Below, piece after piece: positions 52,757 to 64,000 of a stretch of 64,000 bases of DNA. Position 1 is the first letter of the stretch. Every line of letters starts with the position of its first letter. A program made the translations under genes and the position numbers. The stretch comes from Spirochaetia bacterium (GTDB lineage Bacteria; Spirochaetota; Spirochaetia; SZUA-6; Bin103): assembly GCA_965199955.1 (NCBI GenBank), contig CBDATQ010000001.1, forward strand, positions 2,112,001 to 2,176,000, in the 5' to 3' direction. Below the pieces are notes generated by a model. It did no database searches and had not been told where the DNA came from. It saw nothing but the letters and a program-made list of their open reading frames with translations.

Positions 52757-53777
52757 CTGCCTTGAGCACGCCGGCCTCCGGGCGGGTGAGCGCGCCGAAG
52801 CGCTGCTCCACCTCGTCGAAGGCGATGCGGTGGGTGATCCACGGGCCGGTGTCGATGGTGCCTGAGGCGATGGCGTCGATCACCTGCCGGAAGTCGCCGG
52901 GGAGGCCGTTGCGGGAGGCGAGCAGCGTGAGCTCCCGGCGGTGCATCTCCGGCTGCGGGAAGGAGATCTCCTGACGGGTGAGCCCGAGGAAGACCACGGT
53001 GCCGCCCTGGGCGGCGTACGTGAGGGCCGCCGCCATCGACTGCGGGTTGCCGGTCGCGTCGATCACGATGTCGAAGAGGCGGCCGTCCGACAGCTCGCCG
53101 AGGCGTTCCGGTTCCTTGCCGTCGCCGGCGACGACGGCTCCCGCCGGGGCATACGTGTCGCGGCAAAACTCGACCCGGGCCGGCAACCGGTCCATGACCG
53201 TCACGTGCCGGGTGCGCAGCCGGACGAACTCCAGCGCCGCCAGCCCGATCGGCCCCAGGCCGATGACCAGCACCCGGTCCTCGCTGCCGGGAGCGGCCCG
53301 CGCGGTGGCGTGGCAGCCGATGGTCAGCGTCTCCACCAGCGCGAGCTGATCGAACGTGAGACCGGAGGCGCGGTGCAGCTTGCCGGCCGGGATCGTAAAG
53401 CGGTCGCAGAGGCCGCCGTCCTGCATGACGCCGATGACGCTGAGCCGCTCGCAGCAGTTGGTGCGGCCCTTGCCGCACGCGTAGCAGTCCCCGCAGTTCA
53501 GGTAGGGCTCGACGCTGCACGTGTCCCCGGGCGCGACCGCGGTGACGCCGTCACCGACGCTGAGCACCTCGACGCCCAGCTCATGGCCGGGAATGCGCGG
53601 GAAGTCGAAGAACGGAAAGGTGCCGTGATAGGCGCTGACGTCGGTGCCGCACACGCCGACGGAGTGGGTCTGCACGAGCGCATCGCCCGCCGCGGGTTCG
53701 GCTGGCGCCGGCACGGTGACGGCGCGGGCCTGGTACGGGGCCTCGAAGCGGATCGCGCGGATCGTGTCGGCGGTCAC
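52740..53777 (-). CDS. Zinc-binding alcohol dehydrogenase (YjjN/L-galactonate dehydrogenase-like)
   Basis: GVCGTD, GHE, CGDCYAC…C, LVETLTIGCHA, GLGPIG, DATGN, LASRN. Confidence 0.9.
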   Translation of the reverse strand: MTADTIRAIRFEAPYQARAVTVPAPAEPAAGDALVQTHSVGVCGTDVSAYHGTFPFFDFPRIPGHELGVEVLSVGDGVTAVAPGDTCSVEPYLNCGDCYACGKGRTNCCERLSVIGVMQDGGLCDRFTIPAGKLHRASGLTFDQLALVETLTIGCHATARAAPGSEDRVLVIGLGPIGLAALEFVRLRTRHVTVMDRLPARVEFCRDTYAPAGAVVAGDGKEPERLGELSDGRLFDIVIDATGNPQSMAAALTYAAQGGTVVFLGLTRQEISFPQPEMHRRELTLLASRNGLPGDFRQVIDAIASGTIDTGPWITHRIAFDEVEQRFGALTRPEAGVLKAVIALG

Positions 53778-53787
53778 TCCTGAAGTC

Positions 53788-53818
53788 CCGAGCGGTCACT
53801 CTTCGAGTGAGGTTCGCT

Positions 53819-53826
<8 letters not shown>
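53788..53826 (+). repeat. Structured dispersed repeat, copy 4
   Basis: CCGAGCGGTCACTCTTCGAGTGAGGTTCGCTTCACACAC; contains the stop codon of the E1 gene. Confidence 0.8.
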
Positions 53827-56281
<2,455 letters not shown>

Positions 56282-56342
56282 GGGCGAAAGGTACACCGGA
56301 TCGCCGGTGGTCCGGCGAGGGGCGATGCGGTAGGTTTCGCCC

Positions 56343-57056
56343 ATGCCCGTGGTGGCGGTGCTGGCCGCGCTGGACGAGGAGATCGAGGCGTTCCGCGGGG
56401 CGCACGATCTGGAGCCCGTAGAGGAGGGGACGCCGTTCGCGGCCTTCCGCTTCCGGGTCGGCGCCGTCGACACCGTGCTGATGCGCACCGGGGTCGGCAA
56501 GGTGTTCGCGGCCATGGTCGCGCAGCGGGCGATCGAGCGGGTGCGGCCCGACTACATGATCGTCACCGGCATCGCCGGCAGCGTGCGCGCCGGCCTGGAC
56601 CTGGGCGACGTGGTGGTCGGTCGCGACTGCGTCCAGCACGACCTGGACACGACCGCGCTGGGCTTCGAGCTCGGCCAGGTGCCTTACACCGACTACCGCA
56701 TCCTGCGGGCCGACCCCCGGCTCGTGGATCTGGCGCTCGCCACGCCCGTGGACGGCCAACGCGTGGTAGCAGGCCGCATTCTCACCGGCGACCAGTTCGT
56801 CAGCGATCCCGATGCCGCGCTGCGCGACCGGCTGAGCGAGCTCGAAGGCTCCGTCGTGGAGATGGAAGGCGCGGCGATCGCGCTGGTTGCCACCGTCAAC
56901 CGCGTGCCGTTCGTGATCATCCGCTCCGTCTCCGACAAGGCCGACGCCGCCGCACCGGCCGACTTCGGCGCCTTCCTGCGCCGCGCGGCCGCCAACTCCT
57001 ACACGGTCTGCGCGGGCATCCTCGAATGCCTGGATCGGTCGCCAGCTCGCCCGTAG
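56343..57056 (+). CDS. mtnN: 5'-methylthioadenosine/S-adenosylhomocysteine nucleosidase
   Basis: [35 protein letters not shown]. Confidence 0.93.
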   Translation: MPVVAVLAALDEEIEAFRGAHDLEPVEEGTPFAAFRFRVGAVDTVLMRTGVGKVFAAMVAQRAIERVRPDYMIVTGIAGSVRAGLDLGDVVVGRDCVQHDLDTTALGFELGQVPYTDYRILRADPRLVDLALATPVDGQRVVAGRILTGDQFVSDPDAALRDRLSELEGSVVEMEGAAIALVATVNRVPFVIIRSVSDKADAAAPADFGAFLRRAAANSYTVCAGILECLDRSPARP

Positions 57057-57065
57057 GCTGATCGC

Positions 57066-57513
57066 TTAGGCGGACGGACAGAGATCCCGTCGATTGAGAA
57101 GATGCCTGTGGTCGGCGCTCTTGTAGATCTTGCCTCGAGGGCTCGCGACCAAAGCGGCGTTCTTGAAATCATTCTCGAGACTCCCGTCATTGGGTGAAAA
57201 GCAGGCGTGCACTGCTCGCCCTGGCAAGCGCGATGATATGATGGTCATCGGACTTGCAGATCCCGCGTGAACGGATCGATTCAGTTTCGAGTGCGACACT
57301 TGAGTCCGGGATCATCCTGGCACGGCCAGCTTGGACAGCCTCGCGAAACCACTCGCAGAACCTGCCATACTCTGCGAGCTCGTGCCGGAGTCGGCCGCCC
57401 ACGACCAGTCTGCCGGCGCCCTTCGTCAACCAGTCGAACAGCAATGCTCCTCGGTCGGATTGTTCTTGGCCAAACACCTCAGGGCGGACGTCGTTGTCGA
57501 CGATGGCACACAT
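57066..57513 (-). pseudogene. PIN-like protein, frameshifted near 57190
   Basis: MCAIVDND…EVFG, SDDHHIIALA, ARLLFT then NDGSLENDFK in a shifted frame. Confidence 0.65.
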
Positions 57514-58393
57514 CAGAGCCCAAGAGACCGTTGCATCTCGGTCATGAAGAACTGTCGATAGGTCGGCGGGACCATCGAGCACGTTGCCGTTGTCGTCCAG
57601 CCGAAGCGAATGAATCGTCACGTCAAGATCGTTGGGCTCGAAGAACAGGATCGAAACGTCCTCAGCCCTCAAGTCGGTCTTCTTGTCGCGTATGTCCATG
57701 CGTGCTCGGTCGATCAGATGATCGCTATGGTTCTCGACGATCAATTGCATCGAGCTTGCAGTCGAACAGAACAGCGTTCCAAGCGCCGCCTGCGCAGGTG
57801 ATGTAGATGGACTTCGGGTTGCTGCAACAGGCAGATGTACGGTGCGTCATCACGCAATATATCGGTCATAATAGGAAGCGATTTGCTCACTTAATAGCCC
57901 ACATCTATCAGGTTTGTAGCCGGCTTTTTGAGCTTTGTTATTCGGGCGTATTTCTTGACTTGTGCCTGAAACGGTGAGCCATCGCGCCTTGCAAGTGAAT
58001 TCATAGATATTTCGTCAAACAATCCGGAATCCCGACCAAATGTCTCGATACGACGTTTCAGTTCTTGCCACTTTGATTTGTACGGCGAGATATTGCTTCG
58101 AGATAGGTCGGAATATACTCTCCTTCGGGATCGCGCGAACGTCTCATCGGGTCGTACGTTCGGCGAGGGCGAGATGGAATGCGCCCAGGTCGTACGGGTA
58201 GTCGTTGAAGTCAGGAACGGTCTCTATGGCAGCGAGATCCCAATGTGCCCGGATCAGCGCCAGGAAGGAAGTCTTTCCGGTGCTGTCTTTCGCCGACAAG
58301 CAGGGTGAGCGGCGCAAGTCGCGCTACCTGCTGCTCCCGGAAGCAGCGGTAGTTGCCGACCGTGATGAGATCAATGGTTGACGCCCGTGCCAT
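57514..58393 (-). pseudogene. AAA_21/DUF3696-type ABC-ATPase, decayed
   Basis: VGNYRCF, LTLLVGE…STGKTSFL (shifted), DVGY*VSKSLP (in-frame TAA), QQPEVHLH, IVENHSDHLIDR; lower-GC interior. Confidence 0.75.
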
Positions 58394-58415
58394 TTTCTGG
58401 ACTCTACCACGTTGA

Positions 58416-58970
58416 ATGAGAGTGAGTGAGCAAGCATTGCCGGCTGCGGTGCAGGCGGTGATCCGCGACGTGCCGGACTTTCCGCGGCCGGGGATCATCT
58501 TCCGGGACATCACGCCGGTGTTCGGCCAGATCGACCTGCCGCTGCGCATCGCCGCCTGGATGGCCGCCGCCTTCGCGGCGGCTGCGGGCAACCACCGCAT
58601 CGACGCCGTCGCCTGCGTGGAGGCGCGCGGCTTCATGCTCGGCCCGCTAGTAGCGCGCGAGCTGGGGGTAGGCCTGATTCCGGTGCGCAAGCCGGACAAG
58701 CTACCGCGCGAAACGCTGCGTCAGGACTACGAACTTGAGTACGGCACCGACTCGCTGGAGATGCACGCGGATGCCTGCGGCCCAGGGCAGCGGATCCTGC
58801 TGGTGGATGACGTGCTGGCCACCGGCGGCACTGCCACGGCGGCGTGCCGGTTGATCGAGCGTACCGGAGCCAGCGTCGCGGGTGCCGCGTTCCTGATCGA
58901 GCTGGACGGCCTGGACGGCGCGCAGCGGCTGCCGGTGTCCAGTCGCAGCCTGCTGGTGCTGCCGGCGTGA
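58416..58970 (+). CDS. apt: Adenine phosphoribosyltransferase
   Basis: IRDVPDFPRPGIIFRDITP, EARGF, RKPDKLP, YELEYG, LVDDVLATGGT. Confidence 0.96.
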   Translation: MRVSEQALPAAVQAVIRDVPDFPRPGIIFRDITPVFGQIDLPLRIAAWMAAAFAAAAGNHRIDAVACVEARGFMLGPLVARELGVGLIPVRKPDKLPRETLRQDYELEYGTDSLEMHADACGPGQRILLVDDVLATGGTATAACRLIERTGASVAGAAFLIELDGLDGAQRLPVSSRSLLVLPA

Positions 58971-59179
58971 GCGACGCTCCCCGCGTGCCGCTGATCCTGA
59001 TGCGGGTTGGCGGCATCATGGTGGCGGCGGGCATTGCATTGGCGTACTTGGCCTGGGCGCTTGCCTACTCGCGGGTGAGCCTGGCAGCGATCGCCATCCC
59101 GGTCGGCGTGGTGCTGCTGGGCGGTGTGCTGGTGTTCGTGATCGGTGCCGTGTCCGCGGCCGGTGCTCGCCAGGAGTAG
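58967..59179 (+). CDS. Small two-TM membrane protein
   Basis: GTGA overlap with the apt stop; two hydrophobic segments. Confidence 0.55.
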   Translation: MSDAPRVPLILMRVGGIMVAAGIALAYLAWALAYSRVSLAAIAIPVGVVLLGGVLVFVIGAVSAAGARQE

Positions 59180-59190
59180 CCTCGCGGACT

Positions 59191-61020
59191 TCAGCCGGCG
59201 GGCAGCTCGGATCCGTCCTGTCGCCGGTAGAGATCGGCGTACACGCCGTCTGCGGCCGTCAGCTCGTCGTGCGTGCCGCGCTCGGCGATCCCGTGGTCCT
59301 TGATCACGAACAGGCAGTCGGCGGCGCGCACCGTGCTCAGCCGGTGGGCGATGATGATGGCCGTGCGGCCCTGCAGGAGCCGCCGCAGCGCGGCCTGGAT
59401 CACCGACTCGGTCACCACGTCCACGCTGGAGGTCGCCTCGTCCAGGACGATCAGGCGCGGGTCGGGCAGCAGCGCGCGGGCGATGGCGATGAGCTGGCGC
59501 TGACCCACCGAGATATTGGTGCCGAACTCCAGGATCTCGGTGTCGTAGCCGTCCGGCAGCCGCTCCACGAAGCGGTGCAGGCCGACCGCCTGGGCGGCTT
59601 CGACGACCGCTTCGTCGGAGGCCGCCGGAGCGCCGAAGCGGACGTTGTCTGCGATGGTGCCGGAAAACAGGAACGGATCCTGCGAGACCAGCGCCATCTG
59701 CTCGCGCAGCGTGCGCTGCTGCACCGACCGGACGTCGACGCCGTCGACCAGCACCTCACCGTCGGTGACGTCGTAGAAACGGGCGATCAGGTTGGCGATG
59801 GTGGTCTTGCCGGCGCCGGTCTCGCCGATCAGCGCCACGGTCTGACCCGCCTCGATGGTCAGGTCGACGTCCTCCAGCACGGGCTGATCGGGCTCGTAGG
59901 CGAAGGAGACGCCGCGCAGCTCGATGCGGCCGTCGATCCGCCGCATCGGCGGGGCGTCGGGGGCGTCGAGGATGCGCGGTTCCGTGTCCAGCAACTCCAG
60001 CACCTTCTCGCCGCCGGCCATCGCCGACTGCATGGAGGCGTAGAGCTGGCTGAGCTCCTGGATCGGCTGGAAGAAGCGGCTGACGTAGGCCAGGAAGGCG
60101 ACGATCACGCCGATCGAGACCGCGTCCCGGCCGTGCGCCAGACCGCCGAAGAGCAACACCGCCGCCGTCGCCAGCAGCCCCAGAAACTCCACCGACGGCG
60201 TGAAGGCGATGGACAGGGAGAACGCCCGCAGCTGCGCATCGCGCGCGTCACGATTGCGCCGCTCGAACCGCTCGGCGGCCGCCGGCATCTGCGCGAACGC
60301 CCGGATCACGCGCATCCCGCCGATCGCCTCGGCCAGGTTGCCGACCATCGTGGCGATCGCCGTCCGCGTGGCGCGGAACGCCCGCCGCGCCAGGCGGGAG
60401 AAGATCAGCGTGGCGACCACCATCACCGGCACCACCGCGAACGTGGTGAGGGCCAGCTCCGTGTTCATGATCAGCATGGCCACGACGATGCCGATCAGGA
60501 CCAGGGAATCGCCGATGATCTGCACAAGCCCCTGCGACAGCACCTCGTTGATGGTGGCGACGTCGTTGATCACCCGCGAGATGGTGACGCCGACCGGGTG
60601 CTCGGTGTGATAGCGCAGCGACAGCCGCTGCAGGTGGCGGAAGAGCTGCGCCCGCATCGTGGCCAGCATCCTCTGGCCGACCCACGACAGCAGGTAGGTC
60701 TGCAGCGCGTGCGCGGCGTAGGTGCCCAGGAACGTCAGGACCAGGAGGCCGGAGATCAGCGCCAGGCTCCGGAGGTCGCCGGAGGCGATGGCGTCGTCGA
60801 TGGCTAGCTGGATCAGCCAGGGCGCCGCCAGGCTCAGCGCGGTGACCACCAGCATGGCGAGCGAGGCGGCGGCCATGTGCCTGCGATAGGGACGCAGGTA
60901 GGCCGTCAGGCGGCGGATCACGTGTGGATCGATCGCCCGGCCCTCGCCGCCGGCGAGCGCGGCCAGCGTGGATCTGGGTCCGCCGCCCATCGGTCCGGCG
61001 CCCGTCGAGAAAGTGCTCAT
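59191..61020 (-). CDS. ABC exporter, fused TMD-NBD (heterodimer subunit)
   Basis: GETGAGKTT, ISVGQRQ, VLDEATS, IAHRLST. Confidence 0.93.
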   Translation of the reverse strand: MSTFSTGAGPMGGGPRSTLAALAGGEGRAIDPHVIRRLTAYLRPYRRHMAAASLAMLVVTALSLAAPWLIQLAIDDAIASGDLRSLALISGLLVLTFLGTYAAHALQTYLLSWVGQRMLATMRAQLFRHLQRLSLRYHTEHPVGVTISRVINDVATINEVLSQGLVQIIGDSLVLIGIVVAMLIMNTELALTTFAVVPVMVVATLIFSRLARRAFRATRTAIATMVGNLAEAIGGMRVIRAFAQMPAAAERFERRNRDARDAQLRAFSLSIAFTPSVEFLGLLATAAVLLFGGLAHGRDAVSIGVIVAFLAYVSRFFQPIQELSQLYASMQSAMAGGEKVLELLDTEPRILDAPDAPPMRRIDGRIELRGVSFAYEPDQPVLEDVDLTIEAGQTVALIGETGAGKTTIANLIARFYDVTDGEVLVDGVDVRSVQQRTLREQMALVSQDPFLFSGTIADNVRFGAPAASDEAVVEAAQAVGLHRFVERLPDGYDTEILEFGTNISVGQRQLIAIARALLPDPRLIVLDEATSSVDVVTESVIQAALRRLLQGRTAIIIAHRLSTVRAADCLFVIKDHGIAERGTHDELTAADGVYADLYRRQDGSELPAG

Positions 61021-62825
61021 CGGGGCGCTCCCCTCAGTGCATGAGCGGCCGCCGACAGGCGTCCGTCGCCGTCGCGCCCGGCTGGGGCGGGTAACGGTGC
61101 TGCGGTTCCGGCGGAGGCGAAGATGGCGGCATAGAGCGGCGAGCCTGCCAGCAATTCCTCATGGGTGCCGTAGGCGGCGATCCGGCCTTCCTCGAGCACG
61201 ACCACCGCGTCCGCGTCCTTGCAGGTGCTGGCGCGCTGAGCGATGACGATCATGGTGCGAGCGCCGGCGGAGTCGCGCAGCGCCGACAGGATCCGGCCCT
61301 CGGTGCGGGCGTCGACGCTGGAGGTGGCGTCGTCGAGGATGAGGATGCGCGGATCGGTCAGCAGCGCGCGGGCGATGGCGATGCGCTGCTTCTGCCCCCC
61401 GGACAGGGTGACGCCGCGTTCGCCCACCGGCGTGTCGTAGCCCTCGGGCAGTCCCTCGATGAAGCTGCGGATCTGCGCCGCCTCCGCCGCCGCGGAGATC
61501 TCCACTTGCGAGGCGTCGGGCCGGCCGAAGGCGATGTTCTCGCCGATGGTGGCCGCGAACAGCACCGTGTCCTGCAGCACGACGCCGATCTGCGAGCGCA
61601 GCGATGCCATCGCCACCCCGCGGATGTCGATGTCGTCTATCTCGATCACGCCGCGGGTCGGGTCGTACAGGCGCAGCAGCAGCGAGATCAGGGTCGTCTT
61701 TCCCGAACCGGTGGCGCCGAGCACCGCCAGCCTGCTCCCGGCGGGGATGGTCAGATCAATGTCGGAGAGCGCCTCGGGCCCATCCTCCCCGCCGAACGAG
61801 AAGCCGACGTCCCGGAACCGGACCCCGCCCCGGCCGCGCGGCAACGGCCCGGCGTCCGGGGCCTCCGGGATGGCATCCGGCGCGTCCAGGATCTCCGCGA
61901 CGCGTTCGGCGGACGCCAGCCCCTGCACCATCATCGGCAGCATGGCCCCGACCCGGCGCACCGGCGCGAAAAGCTGCGTGAGGTAGGTCGTGAACGCCAC
62001 CAGCAGCCCCAGGCTCTCGCCGCGCACGACCATCAGGCCGCCGATGCCCACGACCACCACCAGGCCCAGGTTGGCGATCAGCGACAGGAGCGGCGTGTGT
62101 ATGGCCTTCAGCTTGGCGTTGAGAGCCGAGATCACGAACCAGCGATCGACCTGCCGCTGGAACCGCACGGTCTCCCGCTGCTCCTGCGCGAACGCCTTGA
62201 CCAGCCGCGCGCCCTGCAGGTTCTGCTCCAACGCCGACGTCATCACGCCGAGCTGCTGCTGCAGCCGGGACGCCAGCGGCCGCTGCTGCTTGCCGAATAT
62301 GAACGCCTGTATCGCCAGGAACGGCACGGGGATCAGCGACGCGGCGCCGAGCACCGGATTCATCGCGACCATGAACGCCAGCGTCCCCGCGAACAGCACC
62401 GCCGCGTCGAGGACGCGCAGCAGCGCCTTGCTGACCACGAACCGGAGGCGCTCCACATCCTGGATCGCGCGCTGCAGGACCTGACCGGTCTCCATCCGCT
62501 CGATGAAGGCGATGTCCACCACGCCGAGCCTGAGGAACAGCTCGTTGCGCAGGTCGTAGGAGAGCCGCTGGGCGGCCATCTCGGCTAGTTGGCCCTGCAG
62601 GAATCCGAACACCGCGCGCGCGCCCGCCAGGGCGACCAGCACGATGACCGAGCGGATCAGCACCGACCGGTCGCCGGCGATGATCCCGTAGTCGACGATC
62701 CAGCGGACGAACACCGGGATGACGAGCAGGGCGGCGGTGTGCGCGGTCATCGCGGCGTACGCCCCCGCCATGAGCGGTCGGTAGGGGCGCAGGTAACGGA
62801 AGAATCGGCCGAACAGGCTCGCCAA
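61017..62825 (-). CDS. ABC exporter, fused TMD-NBD (degenerate-site subunit)
   Basis: GATGSGKTT, LSGGQKQR, ILDDATS (E to D), IAQR (H to Q); TTG start. Confidence 0.93.
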   Translation of the reverse strand: MASLFGRFFRYLRPYRPLMAGAYAAMTAHTAALLVIPVFVRWIVDYGIIAGDRSVLIRSVIVLVALAGARAVFGFLQGQLAEMAAQRLSYDLRNELFLRLGVVDIAFIERMETGQVLQRAIQDVERLRFVVSKALLRVLDAAVLFAGTLAFMVAMNPVLGAASLIPVPFLAIQAFIFGKQQRPLASRLQQQLGVMTSALEQNLQGARLVKAFAQEQRETVRFQRQVDRWFVISALNAKLKAIHTPLLSLIANLGLVVVVGIGGLMVVRGESLGLLVAFTTYLTQLFAPVRRVGAMLPMMVQGLASAERVAEILDAPDAIPEAPDAGPLPRGRGGVRFRDVGFSFGGEDGPEALSDIDLTIPAGSRLAVLGATGSGKTTLISLLLRLYDPTRGVIEIDDIDIRGVAMASLRSQIGVVLQDTVLFAATIGENIAFGRPDASQVEISAAAEAAQIRSFIEGLPEGYDTPVGERGVTLSGGQKQRIAIARALLTDPRILILDDATSSVDARTEGRILSALRDSAGARTMIVIAQRASTCKDADAVVVLEEGRIAAYGTHEELLAGSPLYAAIFASAGTAAPLPAPAGRDGDGRLSAAAHALRGAPR

Positions 62826-62942
62826 GCCGACAGTATACCAACTGCGCCGTGCTCGGCTACCGAGCCGCCGGCTACCGCCCTGCCGGTTGAGGACGCCGCT
62901 ACGGGCTACGGGGCGCAGGCGCAGGGCAGCTCCTGCTTCAAC

Positions 62943-63428
62943 TCAACCGTACGCCGATCCCAACCCCATCGCGCGGCGCCACGCCGCCACCTGGCCCAGA
63001 TGGTGCCCTTCGTGCATGGTCATCAGCGCGACGGCGAAGTCCCCAACGGTGGGGAAGCGCTCGCGAAGACGGGGCGGGGTCGGCTGCTGCAGGCGTTCGG
63101 CATCGACCGCTGCCATCGCTTCGGACACGCGCTCGTGCTGCGCGCGGAGCTGTTCGAGGAGCTCCACCTTGCCGGGAAAGTCGGCGGCGTTCCCGCTGGG
63201 GATCGACCCCATGCGGCACGCCTCCTTCCATGTGTCCGGAAAAGTAGACGGGAGTCCAAGCATGCCGGCCAACGCGTCGGAGGTGACGCCCAGATGGCCC
63301 AGCGTCCACGCCGGGTGATTGATGACTCCCGACGGCTGAGCGACCATCTGCTCGTCCGTGAGGTCGTCGACGAGCAGCTCGGCTCGGTTGAGGTTCTTGC
63401 CGTAGACGAACAACAGATGCTGGATCAT
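62943..63428 (-). CDS. DinB/DUF664 family protein
   Basis: NHPAWTLGHL, HEGHHLGQV. Confidence 0.88.
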   Translation of the reverse strand: MIQHLLFVYGKNLNRAELLVDDLTDEQMVAQPSGVINHPAWTLGHLGVTSDALAGMLGLPSTFPDTWKEACRMGSIPSGNAADFPGKVELLEQLRAQHERVSEAMAAVDAERLQQPTPPRLRERFPTVGDFAVALMTMHEGHHLGQVAAWRRAMGLGSAYG

Positions 63429-63550
63429 TGAGCTCTCCCTGAGCCCCGGCAGCCCCTGGCAACGCCGGGCACGAAATAGGACCGGCGCACTATAGCGCCG
63501 ACGAACCAGGGCCCACCATCCCGCGGCCGTGTGGGGTACGCTCTCCGTTC

Positions 63551-64000
63551 ATGGCACACACACGAATCGGGTTGCTGCATCCGGGCCAGATGGGCTCCGC
63601 GGTGGGACGCGCCCTGGTCGAAGCCGGGCACCGGGTCCTGTGGGTCTCCGCGGATCGGTCGCCGGAGTCACGCGAGCGCGCGGCGGAGGCCGGGCTGGAC
63701 GACGCTGCCACCCTTGAGGCGCTGGCTGAGCAGGCTGAGGTGATCCTGTCGATCTGTCCCCCGCACGCTGCGGCCGAGGTCGCCGGACAGGTGGCCGCCT
63801 GCGGGTTCACCGGTGTCTACGCCGACTGCAACGCCATCTCGCCCGGCCGCACCCGCGCCGTCGAGACGACGATCGCCGGCGCCGGCGCGACCTACGTCGA
63901 CGGCGGTATCGTCGGCGGTCCTCCGACCGACGGACCGCCGCGCACGTGGCTCTACCTGTCGGGCGCTGCCGCGGCACAGGTAGCCGCCTGCTTTCCGCGC
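63551..64000 (+). CDS. NAD(P)-dependent oxidoreductase (6PGD/HIBADH-like, DUF1932-type), 3'-truncated by the window edge
   Basis: Own translation: MAHTRIGLLHPGQMGSAVG…ILSICPP…YADCNAISP…YVDGGIVGGPP…LYLSG; open to the window end. Confidence 0.85.
   Translation, partial: MAHTRIGLLHPGQMGSAVGRALVEAGHRVLWVSADRSPESRERAAEAGLDDAATLEALAEQAEVILSICPPHAAAEVAGQVAACGFTGVYADCNAISPGRTRAVETTIAGAGATYVDGGIVGGPPTDGPPRTWLYLSGAAAAQVAACFPR

Noticed and set aside
62841..62935. Four GCTAC(C/G)G-like short motifs and a small hairpin
   Set aside because: Too short and irregular for a CRISPR or iteron array; compatible with chance in GC-rich DNA.

Overview
High-GC (visually ~70%) bacterial chromosomal window with no rRNA, tRNA or CRISPR that I can see. 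The solute-binding protein N-terminus (…AFLFA|AGEEE, no lipobox Cys) resembles those of Spirochaetota; this is an inference. Most genes are for solute uptake and carbohydrate or acid-sugar catabolism: two Liv-type ABC clusters, a sugar ABC cluster, iolG/iolE-like genes flanking a P450, enolase-superfamily dehydratases, a KdgK-like kinase, a GH29 fucosidase and a fused 2-oxoacid dehydrogenase E1. Housekeeping genes include typA, pdxH, nudC, mtnN and apt. About a dozen genes are eroded by internal deletions, in-frame stops or frameshifts; some single-base shifts may be assembly errors. Most notable: (1) a dispersed 36-39 bp structured repeat in four copies, with a covarying TTC(G)-loop hairpin, one copy lying in frame inside nudC; (2) a 25.7-33.6 kb accessory block with IS scars, a secreted 8-Cys beta-rich protein, tandem pairs of MacB/FtsX-like permeases lacking an ATPase, and a duplicated ribbon-helix-helix regulator with a palindromic operator candidate; (3) a decayed AAA-ATPase plus PIN module between mtnN and apt; (4) repeated leaderless-type promoters; (5) microhomology-mediated gene fusions and deletions.
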